Shown here: positions 48,344 to 60,696 of the stretch, piece after piece
Numbering within the stretch: the first letter of the stretch is position 1
How the letters are laid out: the number at the start of each line of letters is the position of its first letter
The notes under the pieces: model-generated
Seen by the model: the letters and a program-made list of their open reading frames with translations, nothing else
The model's database searches: none
What the model was told of the DNA's origin: nothing
Program-made: the position numbers and the translations under genes
NCBI GenBank assembly: GCA_035760905.1
Contig: DASTSC010000150.1
Span: forward strand, 1 to 60,723
Source: Candidatus Limnocylindrales bacterium
Lineage (GTDB): Bacteria > Chloroflexota > Limnocylindria > Limnocylindrales > CSP1-4
DNA length: 60,723 nucleotides
Reading direction: 5' to 3'

Positions 48344-49029
48344 GCGACCTCGGCCTCCGTGGATCGAGCCGCCTCCTCCTCGGCTCGATACGCGCCGCCG
48401 AACCGGCGGTCGGTCTCGAGATGCGCGCGGAGCCCGCGGAGCGCGTAGTGGAGTCGGGACTTGACGGTGCCGAGCGCGATGTCGAGCGCCTCGGCGGTCT
48501 CCTGGAGCGAGAGGCCCTGGAGGTAGTAGAGCGCGACCACGGCCTGGTGCTTGGGGGGCAGCGCCGCGATCCCGTCGCGGACGATCCGTCGGAGCTCCTG
48601 GCGCTCGGCCCGCTCCGCCGGCTCGACCGTGCCGTCGCGAACGTTGCCGTGGGTGGTCTCCTCGATCGGCTCGGCCCGCAGCCGTCGCCGGCCGAGGCGC
48701 GAGTAGCAGAGGTTGAGGGCGACGCGGTGGAGCCACGGCAGCGGCGACACGTCGAGGATGAGCGTGGTGCGGCGCTGCCAGGCCCGGGCGAATGTGTCCT
48801 GGAGGACTTCCTCCGCGGCCTGGGCGTCGCCGGTCAGGCCGTAGGCGGTGCGGTAGATCGGGCTACGGTAGCGGGCGAACAGGATCTCGAAGGCGTCGAG
48901 ATCGTCGGCCTGGATCCGCTCGAGCAGCTCACGGTCGCACGGCGTGGTCGCGTGCCGTGGCTCGGCGTCAGGGCTGTGGGTCGTCGTCCGTCTCCCATCC
49001 GGTTGATGAACAGCCACTCCCGTCACCAC
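48340..49029 (-). CDS. ECF RNA polymerase sigma factor
   Basis: 229-aa ORF. Region 2 reads AAEEVLQDTFARAW and region 4 reads GLSLQETAEALDIALGTVKSRLHYALRGL. The start (GTG at 49029) is uncertain. Confidence 0.8.
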   Translation of the reverse strand: MVTGVAVHQPDGRRTTTHSPDAEPRHATTPCDRELLERIQADDLDAFEILFARYRSPIYRTAYGLTGDAQAAEEVLQDTFARAWQRRTTLILDVSPLPWLHRVALNLCYSRLGRRRLRAEPIEETTHGNVRDGTVEPAERAERQELRRIVRDGIAALPPKHQAVVALYYLQGLSLQETAEALDIALGTVKSRLHYALRGLRAHLETDRRFGGAYRAEEEAARSTEAEVA

Positions 49030-49072
49030 GATACGGTCGCCGGCCCCGGGAGGTTCACTCTGACGGTCCGTG

Positions 49073-50569
49073 TCAAGTGGGACACGGCATCTCGCGGCCC
49101 GTCATCGCCCGCCAGCGGAGGTTCGGCTGGCGGGCGGCGGTCGCCTCGTCGAGACGGCCGACCGGCGCGGTCGCGGGGGCGGACCGGATCCGCTCGGGGT
49201 CGTCCTCCGCTTCCCGCGCGATCTCGATCAGCGCGTCGGCGAAGGCGTCGATCGTCTCCTTCGACTCCGTCTCCGTCGGCTCGATGAGCATCGCCTCCTC
49301 GACCGTGTGCGGGAAGTAGACCGTCGGCGGATGGAAGCCGAAGTCGATGAGCCGCTTCGCCACGTCGATCGTGCGGATCCCGGTCCGTCGCCGGAGCCCC
49401 GCGGCCGAGGCGACGAACTCGTGCTTGCACGGCCGGTCGAACGGCAGGTCGTACGACCCGGCGAGGCGGTGCTTGAGGTAGTTCGCGGCGAGCACGGCGT
49501 CGTCGGACACCTCCGCGAGCGCGGTGCCGTGCGAGCGGAGGTAGGCATAGGCCCGGACGAGGACGCCGGTGTTGCCGACGAAGCTCCGGAGGCGGCCGAT
49601 CGAGGTCGGCCGCTCGCCGGGCCGCTCGAGGCGAAACGATCCGTCGGCCTCGCGGACGACTCGCGGGCTGGGCAGGTACGGAACGAGCTTCTCCCCGACG
49701 CCCACCGGGCCGGCCCCGGGGCCGCCGCCGCCGTGCGGCGTCGAGAAGGTCTTGTGGGTGTTGAGGTGCATCACGTCGAAGCCGGCCTCGCCGGGCTTGA
49801 ACCGGCCGAGGATCGCGTTGAGGTTGGCGCCGTCCATGTAGGCGAGCGCGCCGACGGCATGGACCGCGTCGAGCAGCTCGCCGATCCGGGACTCGAACAG
49901 TCCGAGCGTCGAGGGGTTCGTGATCATCACGGCCGCGGTCGAGGGGCCGAGCGCCGCCCGGAAGGCGTCGACGTCGACGCCCCCGTCGGCCGCGGACGGC
50001 ACGTTCACGGTCCGGAGCCCGGCCATCGACGCGGTCGCCGGGTTCGTGCCGTGGGCGGAGTCGGGCACGAGAACCTCGGTCCGGCCCTCGTCGCCCCGGT
50101 CCCGGTGGTAGGCCCGGACCATGAGGATGCCGGTCAGCTCACCCTGGGCGCCTGCCGCGGGCTGGAGCGTGACCGCCCGCATCCCGGTGATCTCGGCGAG
50201 CAGCTCCTCGAGCTCCCAGAGGAGCTGGAGCGTGCCCTGGGCCGCCTCGTCCGGCGCGAGCGGGTGCAGCTGGGCGAAGCCGGGCAGTCGGGCCGCCCAT
50301 TCGTTGACCTTCGGGTTGAACTTCATCGTGCAGCTGCCGAGCGGGTAGAACCCGGTGTCGACGGCGTGGTTGAGCTGCGAGAGGTTGACGTAGTGGCGGA
50401 CGACCTCGGGCTCGTTGAGCTCGGGCAGCGCCGGCGGGTTCGACCGGCGCTGGTCGGCCGGGATCCGGTCGAGCGCGCCGGCCGGCGGATGGGCGACGAT
50501 CGGGGTGCCGCGGCCGGGTCGCGACCGTTCCGCGAGCGTCGGCTGGAGCCGCGGGCCGGTGACGCTCAT
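49073..50569 (-). CDS. gcvPB: Glycine dehydrogenase (decarboxylating), subunit 2
   Basis: 498-aa ORF with an ATGA overlap with gcvPA. PLGSCTMKFNP and the PLP-lysine context NTHKTFSTPHGGGGPG are present. Confidence 0.9.
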   Translation of the reverse strand: MSVTGPRLQPTLAERSRPGRGTPIVAHPPAGALDRIPADQRRSNPPALPELNEPEVVRHYVNLSQLNHAVDTGFYPLGSCTMKFNPKVNEWAARLPGFAQLHPLAPDEAAQGTLQLLWELEELLAEITGMRAVTLQPAAGAQGELTGILMVRAYHRDRGDEGRTEVLVPDSAHGTNPATASMAGLRTVNVPSAADGGVDVDAFRAALGPSTAAVMITNPSTLGLFESRIGELLDAVHAVGALAYMDGANLNAILGRFKPGEAGFDVMHLNTHKTFSTPHGGGGPGAGPVGVGEKLVPYLPSPRVVREADGSFRLERPGERPTSIGRLRSFVGNTGVLVRAYAYLRSHGTALAEVSDDAVLAANYLKHRLAGSYDLPFDRPCKHEFVASAAGLRRRTGIRTIDVAKRLIDFGFHPPTVYFPHTVEEAMLIEPTETESKETIDAFADALIEIAREAEDDPERIRSAPATAPVGRLDEATAARQPNLRWRAMTGREMPCPT

Positions 50570-52002
50570 CGGGTCGCCACCTCGATCCGGCGGTTCACGG
50601 CGGCCTCGCCCGCATCCGTTCGCAGGCTGCCCTCCCCGGCCGACCCGAGCTCGTCCGCGAGCGCGGCCGCGAAGCGGCCGATCTCCTCGGGCGTCGTCAT
50701 CTCGGTCGCACAGACGAGGAGGCCGTCGGCCACGGTCGGGTCGCCGGGCTCGAGCGTCGCCAGCGGCACGCCCGCGAGGACGCCTCGATCGAGCAGCCGA
50801 CGATGGACGGCGTCGGCGTCCGGAACGCGGACCGCGAACTCGTTGAGGTACGGGCCGGGATGGACCCGCGGCGCCCCGGCGGCCTCGAGCGCGGTCTCGA
50901 GCTCGGCGGCGCGCGCGGCGCCGAGCGCCGCCACGTCGCGCAGGCCGTGTGGCCCGAGCTCGGCGAGATAGATCGATGCGGCGAGGGCGAGGAGTGCCTG
51001 GTTCGTGCAGATGTTGCTCGCCGCGCGTTCGCGCCGGATGTCCTGCTCGCGGGCCCGCAACGTCATCACGAAGGCCCGCCGGCCGGCGGCGTCGGTCGTC
51101 TGGCCGACGAGCCGGCCCGGGATCTGGCGGACGAGCGCCTCGGTCGTCGCGAGGATGCCGAGGTAGGGGCCGCCGTAGGCGAGCGGAATCCCCAGGGGCT
51201 GCCCCTCCCCCGCCGCGATGTCGGCGCCGTATGCGCCGGGCGGGGCGAGGACCGCGAGCGAGACCGGCTCGACGACCGCGACGAAGAGCGCTCCGGCGGC
51301 GTGGGCGAGCCGGCCGATCTCGGCCATCGGCTCGAGGAGGCCGAGGACCGATGGCTGGGCGGCGAGGACGCCGGCGACGGGCCGATCACGGTCGGCCATC
51401 AGCCGCTCGAGCGCGCCGAGATCCGTGGTTCCCGCGGCGGGCCCGTCGCCGACCAGCGGCACCTCCTCGTGGACGATGCCGGCCGCGTCGAGGTACGTCT
51501 TCGCAGCCGCCCGATAGTGGGGGTGGACGGCGCGCGAGATGAGGACCCGCGCTCGGCGCGTCTGGCGGCAGGTCATGAGCGCGGCCTCCGCCGTCGCCGC
51601 CGCGCCGTCGTAGTGGGAGGCGGAGACGACGTCGAGCCCGGTCAGCTCGGCAAGCAGCGACTGGTACTCGTAGATGCTCTGGAGCGTGCCCTGGCTCACC
51701 TCGGGCTGGTACGGCGTGTAGGCCGTGTACCACTCACCGCGGAGGAGGAGCTGGTCGACGACCGCGGGGACATAGTGGCGGTAGGCGCCGCCGCCGGCGA
51801 AGCCCGCGAGATCGACCCGGTTGCGCGCCGCGAGGCCGGCGAGGCGATCGACGAGGTCCGCCTCGGGGTCCGGTGGGTCGAGCCGGAGCGGCGAGGCGCG
51901 CAGGGCCGGCGGGATGTCGGCGAAGAGCTCGTCGACGGACTCGATCCCGAGCGCCGCGAGCATCGCCGCCCGATCGTCCGGCGTATGGGGCCCGAAGGGC
52001 AT
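50566..52002 (-). CDS. gcvPA: Glycine dehydrogenase (decarboxylating), subunit 1
   Basis: 478-aa ORF. FAGGGAYRHYVPAVV and YTPYQPEVSQGTLQ are typical of GcvPA. Confidence 0.9.
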   Translation of the reverse strand: MPFGPHTPDDRAAMLAALGIESVDELFADIPPALRASPLRLDPPDPEADLVDRLAGLAARNRVDLAGFAGGGAYRHYVPAVVDQLLLRGEWYTAYTPYQPEVSQGTLQSIYEYQSLLAELTGLDVVSASHYDGAAATAEAALMTCRQTRRARVLISRAVHPHYRAAAKTYLDAAGIVHEEVPLVGDGPAAGTTDLGALERLMADRDRPVAGVLAAQPSVLGLLEPMAEIGRLAHAAGALFVAVVEPVSLAVLAPPGAYGADIAAGEGQPLGIPLAYGGPYLGILATTEALVRQIPGRLVGQTTDAAGRRAFVMTLRAREQDIRRERAASNICTNQALLALAASIYLAELGPHGLRDVAALGAARAAELETALEAAGAPRVHPGPYLNEFAVRVPDADAVHRRLLDRGVLAGVPLATLEPGDPTVADGLLVCATEMTTPEEIGRFAAALADELGSAGEGSLRTDAGEAAVNRRIEVATR

Positions 52003-52007
52003 GTCGA

Positions 52008-52388
52008 CTACGCCTCGGCGGTCAGCGCTTCGTAGCCTGCGCCGTCGAGGAGCGCGTCGAGCTGGCTCGCGTCGGCGACACGGAGCCGGACCATCCAGCC
52101 CTCGCCGTACGGATCCTGGTTCACGAGCTCGGGCGACGAGGCGAGCCGCTCGTTCGCCGCGACGACCTCGCCCGACACCGGTGCGAACAGATCGCTGACG
52201 GCCTTGACCGATTCGACGACGCCGAACGCCGCGAACTGGTCGACCTGGCGGCCCGGCTGCGGCAGCTCCACGAAGACGACGTCGCCGAGCTGCTCGGCCG
52301 CGAACTCGGTGACCCCGACCGTCGCCACGTCACCGTCGACGCGGACCCACTCGTGCTCCTTCGTGTAGCGCAGGTCGGCCGGAATCAT
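52008..52388 (-). CDS. gcvH: Glycine cleavage system H protein
   Basis: In frame with ORF 52008..52634, with ATG at 52388. The sequence reads MIPADLRYTKEHEWVRVDG... and includes the lipoyl-lysine motif VESVKAVSDL. Confidence 0.9.
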   Translation of the reverse strand: MIPADLRYTKEHEWVRVDGDVATVGVTEFAAEQLGDVVFVELPQPGRQVDQFAAFGVVESVKAVSDLFAPVSGEVVAANERLASSPELVNQDPYGEGWMVRLRVADASQLDALLDGAGYEALTAEA

Positions 52389-52452
52389 TCGTGGAGGCTC
52401 TCTCACTCGGCGTGAACGTCGACCGGCACGGGACCGGGCACGACCCGCGGCC

Positions 52453-53556
52453 CTATCGGTCGCGGCGATAGAACGGCAGCGGCACGACGTCGACCGGGAC
52501 GTGCGTCCCCCGGACCTCGGCCGCGAGGATCGTACCCGGTTCGGCGTCGTCCGGGGCGACGTAGGCCATCGCGATCGGGTGCCCGAGCGTCGGCGACTGC
52601 GTCCCGCTCGTGACGGTTCCCGTGCGACGGTCACCCGCCCAGACCGGGTAGCCGTGGCGGGCGATGGCGCGATCCCGGACGGCCAGCCCGACGAGGAGCC
52701 GGCTCGGGCCCTCCTCCGCGATCCGCTCGAGCGCGGGCCGGCCGACGAAGTCGTCGCCCTTGTCGAGCTTGACGACCCGCCCGAGGCGCGCCTCGTACGG
52801 GTTCGTGTCCCGATCGAGCTCGTTGCCGTAGAGCGGCATCCCGGCCTCGAGCCGGAGCGTGTCGCGAGCGCCGAGGCCGCACGGCACGACCCCGCCGTCG
52901 CGGCCCGCGTCGAGCAGCGCGTCCCAGACCGTGCCGCCGGCGGCGGCGTCGACGAAGATCTCGAAGCCGTCCTCGCCCGTGTAGCCCGTGCGGGCGACCC
53001 GGGCCGGCACGCCCGCCACGTGACCCTCGGCGATCCCGTAGTAGCGGATCTGTGGCAGGTCGAGGTCGGTGAGCGGGCCGAGGACGTCGACCGACCGCGG
53101 CCCCTGGATCGCGACGAGCGCGGTCGCGAGCGTCTCGTCGTCGAGGATCGCCCGACGGCCGTCGAGGCGCTCGGCGAGAGCGTCGCTCACCGTGCCGGCG
53201 TTGGCCGCGTTCGCGACGACCATGAACCGCTCGTCGCCGAGCCGGTAGACGATCAGGTCGTCGAGGACGCCGCCGTCCTCGGCGCAGATGAGCGAGTAGT
53301 GGGCCCGCCCGACCGCGAGCGCGGGCGGGTTGGAGACGAGCGCGTGCGCCAGGCCCTCGCCCGCCTCCGCGCCCTCGACGATCAGCTCGCCCATGTGCGA
53401 CAGGTCGAAGACGCCGGCCCGCTCCCGAACCGCCCGGTGCTCCTCGAGGATGCCGCGGTACTGGACCGGCATCAGCCAGCCCCCGAACTCGATCATCCGC
53501 GCACCGAGCGCCTCGTGCCGGTCGGCAAGGGGGCTGCGGTGGGCCTCCTCGGTCAC
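52453..53556 (-). CDS. gcvT: Glycine cleavage system aminomethyltransferase (T protein)
   Basis: 367-aa ORF with GTG at 53556 overlapping the NUDIX gene stop (GTGA). It contains FGGWLMPVQY, FDLSHMGE and RTGYTGEDGFEI. Confidence 0.9.
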   Translation of the reverse strand: MTEEAHRSPLADRHEALGARMIEFGGWLMPVQYRGILEEHRAVRERAGVFDLSHMGELIVEGAEAGEGLAHALVSNPPALAVGRAHYSLICAEDGGVLDDLIVYRLGDERFMVVANAANAGTVSDALAERLDGRRAILDDETLATALVAIQGPRSVDVLGPLTDLDLPQIRYYGIAEGHVAGVPARVARTGYTGEDGFEIFVDAAAGGTVWDALLDAGRDGGVVPCGLGARDTLRLEAGMPLYGNELDRDTNPYEARLGRVVKLDKGDDFVGRPALERIAEEGPSRLLVGLAVRDRAIARHGYPVWAGDRRTGTVTSGTQSPTLGHPIAMAYVAPDDAEPGTILAAEVRGTHVPVDVVPLPFYRRDR

Positions 53557-54077
53557 GCCGGCGACTCGGAGAGGGTCGCTCCGGGCCGCGGCTCGAGGAC
53601 GATCGACGCCTTCTCGACGAGGGCGCGCTCGGTCTCGAAGGTGAGGATCGACTCGGCGTCGCGGAGCGGGATCCAGCGGACCTCCTCGAACTCGTGGTCG
53701 TGCCGGTCGAGGTCGCCGCCGGTCGGCTCCATGAGGAAGTAGTGGACGGTCTTGTGGATCCGGGTGCCGCCCTGGACGAACGTGTAGCGGATCGAGTCGA
53801 ACGGCGCGGTGATCCTGACCTCGAGGCCGGTCTCCTCGCCGACCTCCCGGAGCGCCGTCTCCTCGGTCGTCTCACCCGGGGCGGGCGTGCCCTTCGGCAG
53901 CGTCCACGTCACGCCGCGGTCGCGCCGGCGCCGGCCGACGACGATCTGGACGGATCCGCCCTCCCGGCGGTTGACGATCCCTCCGGCGGACGTCGCGGTG
54001 GCCGACCTCAGCCGCGCCACGGCGCCGGTGCGGCGCTCGTCGGACGGCTCGGCCCGAACCGGCGACCGTCGGTCCAA
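53553..54077 (-). CDS. NUDIX hydrolase
   Basis: 174-aa ORF with the Nudix box GTPAPGETTEETALREVGEETGL. The start is uncertain: the track's start at 54077 is a TTG, and GTG at 54020 is an alternative. Confidence 0.75.
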   Translation of the reverse strand: MDRRSPVRAEPSDERRTGAVARLRSATATSAGGIVNRREGGSVQIVVGRRRRDRGVTWTLPKGTPAPGETTEETALREVGEETGLEVRITAPFDSIRYTFVQGGTRIHKTVHYFLMEPTGGDLDRHDHEFEEVRWIPLRDAESILTFETERALVEKASIVLEPRPGATLSESPA

Positions 54078-54349
54078 TGGATCGACACGACCGGCCTCGG
54101 ACCGCCGAGACGCGGCCGGGCGATCTCGTCGCGCACCGGTCGCCGCCAGCTCCCGCGGAGGGCGCGGAGGGGGCCGATGTCGGCACTCCGGAGGACGGTC
54201 GGTGCGGCCGGGGCAGGCCGGAAGGAACCGAACGAGCGGAGCCCGAGCCGGCGCTCGCGATCACGACCATGGGATCGGACGAACTTCGCCCGTGGCCGGC
54301 TCGCGTAGCGGGCCGTGACGCTCCTCTCCATCGCGCTGATCGTAGCGAA

Positions 54350-55438
54350 TCAGCCCTCGCTTGCAAGTGACGGCCCGCCCGTCGCCGGTCGGTCCGCGGC
54401 GCTCGCGTCGATCGTGTCGTCGAGCGCCTCCTCGGCGAGCACCCGCCGGACGCGCTCGGCCGCCCCGGCGTCGAGCGCGCCCCGGCCGGCGGCGATCGCG
54501 AGCTCGCGCTCGGCCGCGGCGCGGTAGAGCGGCAGGACCTCCGGGGCGTGGGCACGGAGCGCGGCGAGGTGGAGCCGGAGCGTGCCGGCGTCGCCCCGCG
54601 CGATCGGCCCGGTGAGCGCGGCCGGGATCCCGAGCGCTCGCGCGTTCGCCAGCGTCTGCTCGACCAGCCGGCCGTAGACCCCGAGCGCCGCCGTCTCGTC
54701 GAGGCCGGCGACCGCGCCGAGCCGGGCGATCGCGTCGAGGAGCGCGACGACGCCGCCCGCCGCGAGGACCGCGCCGGCATGGTAGGCGGCCTTCGACCCG
54801 GGCGCGAGCCGGACGGGGACCGCCCCGATCGCCTCGGCCAGATCGGCGAGCAGCGACCCGAGCTCGGGGTCGGCCTCGATCGCGATCGTCGAGCCGGGCA
54901 GCGCCTCGAGCGCTCGCTCGACGTCGGCGAAGGCGACGAGCGGGTGGAAGGTGCCGGCCTGCGTCCCGGCGGCCATCGCCGGCTCGAGGACCTCGGGCCC
55001 GAGGGCGCCGCTGGTATGGACGAGGGCCTGGCCGCTGTAGAGCCGCAGCCGGCCCGCCAGGCTCGCGATCGCGTCGTCCGGCACGGCGAGGACGATGAGC
55101 TGGGCCTCGTCGAGGAGGGCGGCCGGCTCGACGAAACCGCGCGCGCCGGGGACGAACGAGCGGAACCGCTCCCTCCGGCCGGGGTCGCGGCTGGCCACCG
55201 CGGACACCGGCCAGCCCGCCCGGGCGAACGCGGCGCCGAGCGCGGTTCCGACCGGTCCCGCGCCGACGATCCCGATCGCCGGCAGCCCGCCCGGCTCGGC
55301 TGCTTCGTGGGGCTGGCCGTGGGGATGGGAATGGGCGACCTCGGGCCGCGGATCGAGGTCGATCCCGGCCTCGCGCAGCTCGTCGAATGCCTCGTCCCGG
55401 TCCTGTCGCGGCAGAGGCTCCTCGCCGAACGGCCTCAC
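54350..55438 (-). CDS. Rossmann-fold NAD(P)-binding oxidoreductase with a DUF2520-like C-terminal domain (ProC / ketopantoate-reductase-like)
   Basis: Lies in ORF 54350..55582. The dinucleotide-binding motif is [14 protein letters not shown]. The helical C-terminal half is typical of DUF2520 proteins. The track's start would overlap acnA. GTG at 55438 is a tentative start, and the true start may be later. Confidence 0.55.
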   Translation of the reverse strand: MRPFGEEPLPRQDRDEAFDELREAGIDLDPRPEVAHSHPHGQPHEAAEPGGLPAIGIVGAGPVGTALGAAFARAGWPVSAVASRDPGRRERFRSFVPGARGFVEPAALLDEAQLIVLAVPDDAIASLAGRLRLYSGQALVHTSGALGPEVLEPAMAAGTQAGTFHPLVAFADVERALEALPGSTIAIEADPELGSLLADLAEAIGAVPVRLAPGSKAAYHAGAVLAAGGVVALLDAIARLGAVAGLDETAALGVYGRLVEQTLANARALGIPAALTGPIARGDAGTLRLHLAALRAHAPEVLPLYRAAAERELAIAAGRGALDAGAAERVRRVLAEEALDDTIDASAADRPATGGPSLASEG

Positions 55439-55542
55439 CGCCGGCGGTACCGCCGCCCCGCCGGGATCGCGCGCGGGGGTCCGGAACGGCCACGCGCGGT
55501 ACTCTTCATCGGCAGAGTCTATCGACAGCCAAGGACGTCCCA

Positions 55543-58443
<2,901 letters not shown>

Positions 58444-58457
58444 GCGCCGGAACGCCG

Positions 58458-59348
58458 TCAGCCCGCGCCGGCCCGCCGGGCGAACCGCCGGCCGTCGCGG
58501 CCGTCGACCACGAGCGGCAGCCCGTACGCGGCCGAGAGCGAGCCCGCCGTCAGCGCCTCCTCGATCGGCCCGCCGGCGACCCGGCGACCGCCCGACAGGA
58601 CGAGCGCCCGGTCGAAGCCGGCCGGGATCTCTTCGACGTGATGGGTGACGAGGACGATCGCCGCCGGCCGGTCCGCACGGGCGAGCGCCGTGAGCCGATC
58701 GAGCAGCTCCTCCCGCGCACCGAGGTCGAGCCCGGCCGCGGGCTCGTCGAGCAGGAGCAGCTCGGGGTCGCTCATGAGGGCCCGCGCGATCGCGACGCGC
58801 TGACGCTCGCCGGTCGACAGCGTCCCGATCGCGCGACGGTACACAACGGGAACGCCGAGCTGCCCGAGGAGCGCCGCCGCCCGATCGCGCGCATCGGCGT
58901 CCGGCCGGGACCACCACGGCACGAGCGAGCCGTCGGCGCCTGCGACCACGACGTCGAGTGGCACGAGCCGATCCGGGATCGCGCCGGCGAGCGCGGGCGA
59001 GGCGAGACCGATCCGGCGCCGGAGCGCTCGCGCGTCGACGCCGCCGAGCCGCTCCCCGAGGACCTCGACGCGCCCGGCCGTGCGGGGCAGGTAGCCCGCC
59101 GCGACCTGGAGCAGGGTGGTCTTGCCCGAGCCGTTCGGGCCGACGACCGTCCAGCGGTCGCCGCGGCAGACCTCCCAGTCGACGGGCCCGAGGAGCGTCG
59201 TGCCGGCACGCCGGACGACGACGCCGGCGAACCGCAGGATCGAGCCCGTGACGGAACCGTCGGTCGTCAGGACGCGACCACCGGCGAGTAGAGCTGGCGC
59301 GGGCCGCCGAGGGGGAAGCTCGAAGCTCTTCTTGCGGGCTCCGGCCAC
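58458..59348 (-). CDS. Orphan ABC-type ATP-binding protein with no adjacent permease
   Basis: 296-aa ORF. GTG at 59348 has GGAGG 5 nt upstream. Walker A is GPNGSGKTT, the signature motif is LSTGERQRV, and Walker B is LLLLDEP. Confidence 0.75.
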   Translation of the reverse strand: MAGARKKSFELPPRRPAPALLAGGRVLTTDGSVTGSILRFAGVVVRRAGTTLLGPVDWEVCRGDRWTVVGPNGSGKTTLLQVAAGYLPRTAGRVEVLGERLGGVDARALRRRIGLASPALAGAIPDRLVPLDVVVAGADGSLVPWWSRPDADARDRAAALLGQLGVPVVYRRAIGTLSTGERQRVAIARALMSDPELLLLDEPAAGLDLGAREELLDRLTALARADRPAAIVLVTHHVEEIPAGFDRALVLSGGRRVAGGPIEEALTAGSLSAAYGLPLVVDGRDGRRFARRAGAG

Positions 59349-59415
59349 GCATCCCTCCGCTCGTCCCGACGATCGATTTCGGCAGCGTGCGGAGCGTGCG
59401 CCGAGGCCGTCGAGG

Positions 59416-59492
59416 TGGTGGGCGATACTGGGTTCGAACCAGTGACCTCGCGGATGTGAACCGCGCGCTCTGACCGGCTGAGCTAATCGCCC
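59416..59492 (-). tRNA. tRNA-Val (anticodon CAC) with encoded CCA
   Basis: The minus-strand sequence folds as a canonical cloverleaf: GGGCGAT-TA-GCTC-AGCCGGTCA-GAGC-G-CGCGG-TTCACAT-CCGCG-AGGTC-ACTGG-TTCGAAC-CCAGT-ATCGCCC-A-CCA. It is 77 nt long, with anticodon CAC at positions 34-36. Confidence 0.9.
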
Positions 59493-59546
59493 GGTGCTCG
59501 CGGGCGGGCCGCGAACGAGGCCCGATGATACCGCGGGCGGTCCGAC

Positions 59547-59864
59547 TTACTGGAGGGCGAGCTCGGGCCAGCGTCGGCTGATCTCGTCCGCCTCCATGCC
59601 GTCGACGACGATCAGCTTCGTCCGACCCGCCGCACCCGCGACGAGTCGCACGTCGCGGCGCGACACGCCGAGCTCGTCGGCGAGGACGCGGAGCAGCGCG
59701 TGGTTCGCGGCTCCCTCGACCGGCGGAGCCGTCACGTGAACCCGGAGCACACCGTCGACGACGCCGTCGACGTGGTCAGCGGCAGCCCGGGGCGTGAGCC
59801 GGACCGCGAAGCGGACCTCCGAGGGGTTCAGCGAACCGTTCGACCGTGGTTCCGCCGTCGCCAT
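59547..59864 (-). CDS. DUF167 (YggU) family protein
   Basis: 105-aa ORF. ...VRLTPRAAADHVDGV...LRVHVTAPPVEGAANHALLRVLADELGV... matches the DUF167 pattern. It lies downstream of yggS, as it often does. Confidence 0.7.
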   Translation of the reverse strand: MATAEPRSNGSLNPSEVRFAVRLTPRAAADHVDGVVDGVLRVHVTAPPVEGAANHALLRVLADELGVSRRDVRLVAGAAGRTKLIVVDGMEADEISRRWPELALQ

Positions 59865-59907
59865 ACGCGGTGGCGATGGCGCCAGAGGTCGTCCATCGGC
59901 CGGGAGT

Positions 59908-60696
59908 CTAGCAGTGGCCGTGGCGATGCCCCTCCCGCGGACCGAACAGCGCCCGTCCGACGCGGACCTGCGTGGCCCCTTCCTCGACCGCCACCGGGTA
60001 GTCGTCCGACATCCCCATCGACAGCACCGGCCCGAGTGCGGCGGTCGTCGCCCGGAGCCGCTCCGCGAGCTTCCGCAGGGCGACGAACGTCGGACGGGCG
60101 TCCTCGGGGTCGCCGGCGAGACGTCCGATCGTCATCAGCCCGTCGAGCCTCAGGTGCCCGAGGTTCGCCAGGGCGCCGAGGTCGGCCTCGAGATCGGCGG
60201 GACGCCAGCCATGCTTCGCGGGGTCCGCGTCGACGTTGACCTGGAGGAGGATCGGCAGCGGCCGGCTCGGCCGGACCTCCCCGGCGTGTCGGTCAAGCCG
60301 CCGGGCGAGCTCGATCGAGTCGACGCTGTCGATCGTGGCGAACGTTCCGACGGCGAGCCGGGCCTTGTTCGACTGGAGCGGCCCGATGAGGTGCCAGGCG
60401 ACCTCGCCGGCGGCCTCGACGCCTTCGGCGAGCTCGGCGGCCTTGGCCGCGCCCTCCTGGACCCGGTTCTCGCCGAACTCGCGTTGACCGGCCGCGATCG
60501 CCGCCGCGACCCGCTCGGCGGCGACGCCCTTCGTCACCGCGACGAGCGCGACCGCGGCCGGGTTCCGGTCCGCGCGACGGCAGGCGTCCGCGATCTCGTC
60601 GAGCACCCGGTCGCGGGCGAAGCGGAAGCGCCCGACCTCGGCGGCCGGCGGCGAGCCGGCGGCGCTGGTCCGCGCCCGGTCGTTGTCAGATGTCAC
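59908..60696 (-). CDS. yggS: YggS-family pyridoxal-phosphate homeostasis protein
   Basis: 262-aa ORF containing LVAVTKGV (PLP lysine), FGENRVQE, WHLIGPLQSNK and MGMSDDY. Confidence 0.85.
   Translation of the reverse strand: MTSDNDRARTSAAGSPPAAEVGRFRFARDRVLDEIADACRRADRNPAAVALVAVTKGVAAERVAAAIAAGQREFGENRVQEGAAKAAELAEGVEAAGEVAWHLIGPLQSNKARLAVGTFATIDSVDSIELARRLDRHAGEVRPSRPLPILLQVNVDADPAKHGWRPADLEADLGALANLGHLRLDGLMTIGRLAGDPEDARPTFVALRKLAERLRATTAALGPVLSMGMSDDYPVAVEEGATQVRVGRALFGPREGHRHGHC

Noticed and set aside
54008-54331. A 107-aa, very basic minus-strand ORF (MERSVTARYASRPRAKF...) in the spacer upstream of the NUDIX gene, with fairly high third-position GC.
   Set aside because: It has no SD and no recognisable domain. 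Its Arg-rich composition is typical of spurious frames in GC-rich DNA, and it overlaps the NUDIX N-terminus. It is not supportable as a gene from sequence alone.
54078-54349. A possible glycine riboswitch upstream of the gcv operon, since a GGAGAG motif is present near 54322.
   Set aside because: I could not find the conserved ACCGAAGGGGCAA-like core, nor the CUCAGG/GGAC elements, on either strand. This needs a covariance-model search to be certain.
59349-59546. tRNA-Val as an integration site for a mobile element or genomic island.
   Set aside because: I found no integrase, no direct repeat of the tRNA 3' end and no compositional break nearby. The flanking genes (yggS, DUF167, ABC ATPase, acnA) are ordinary chromosomal genes.
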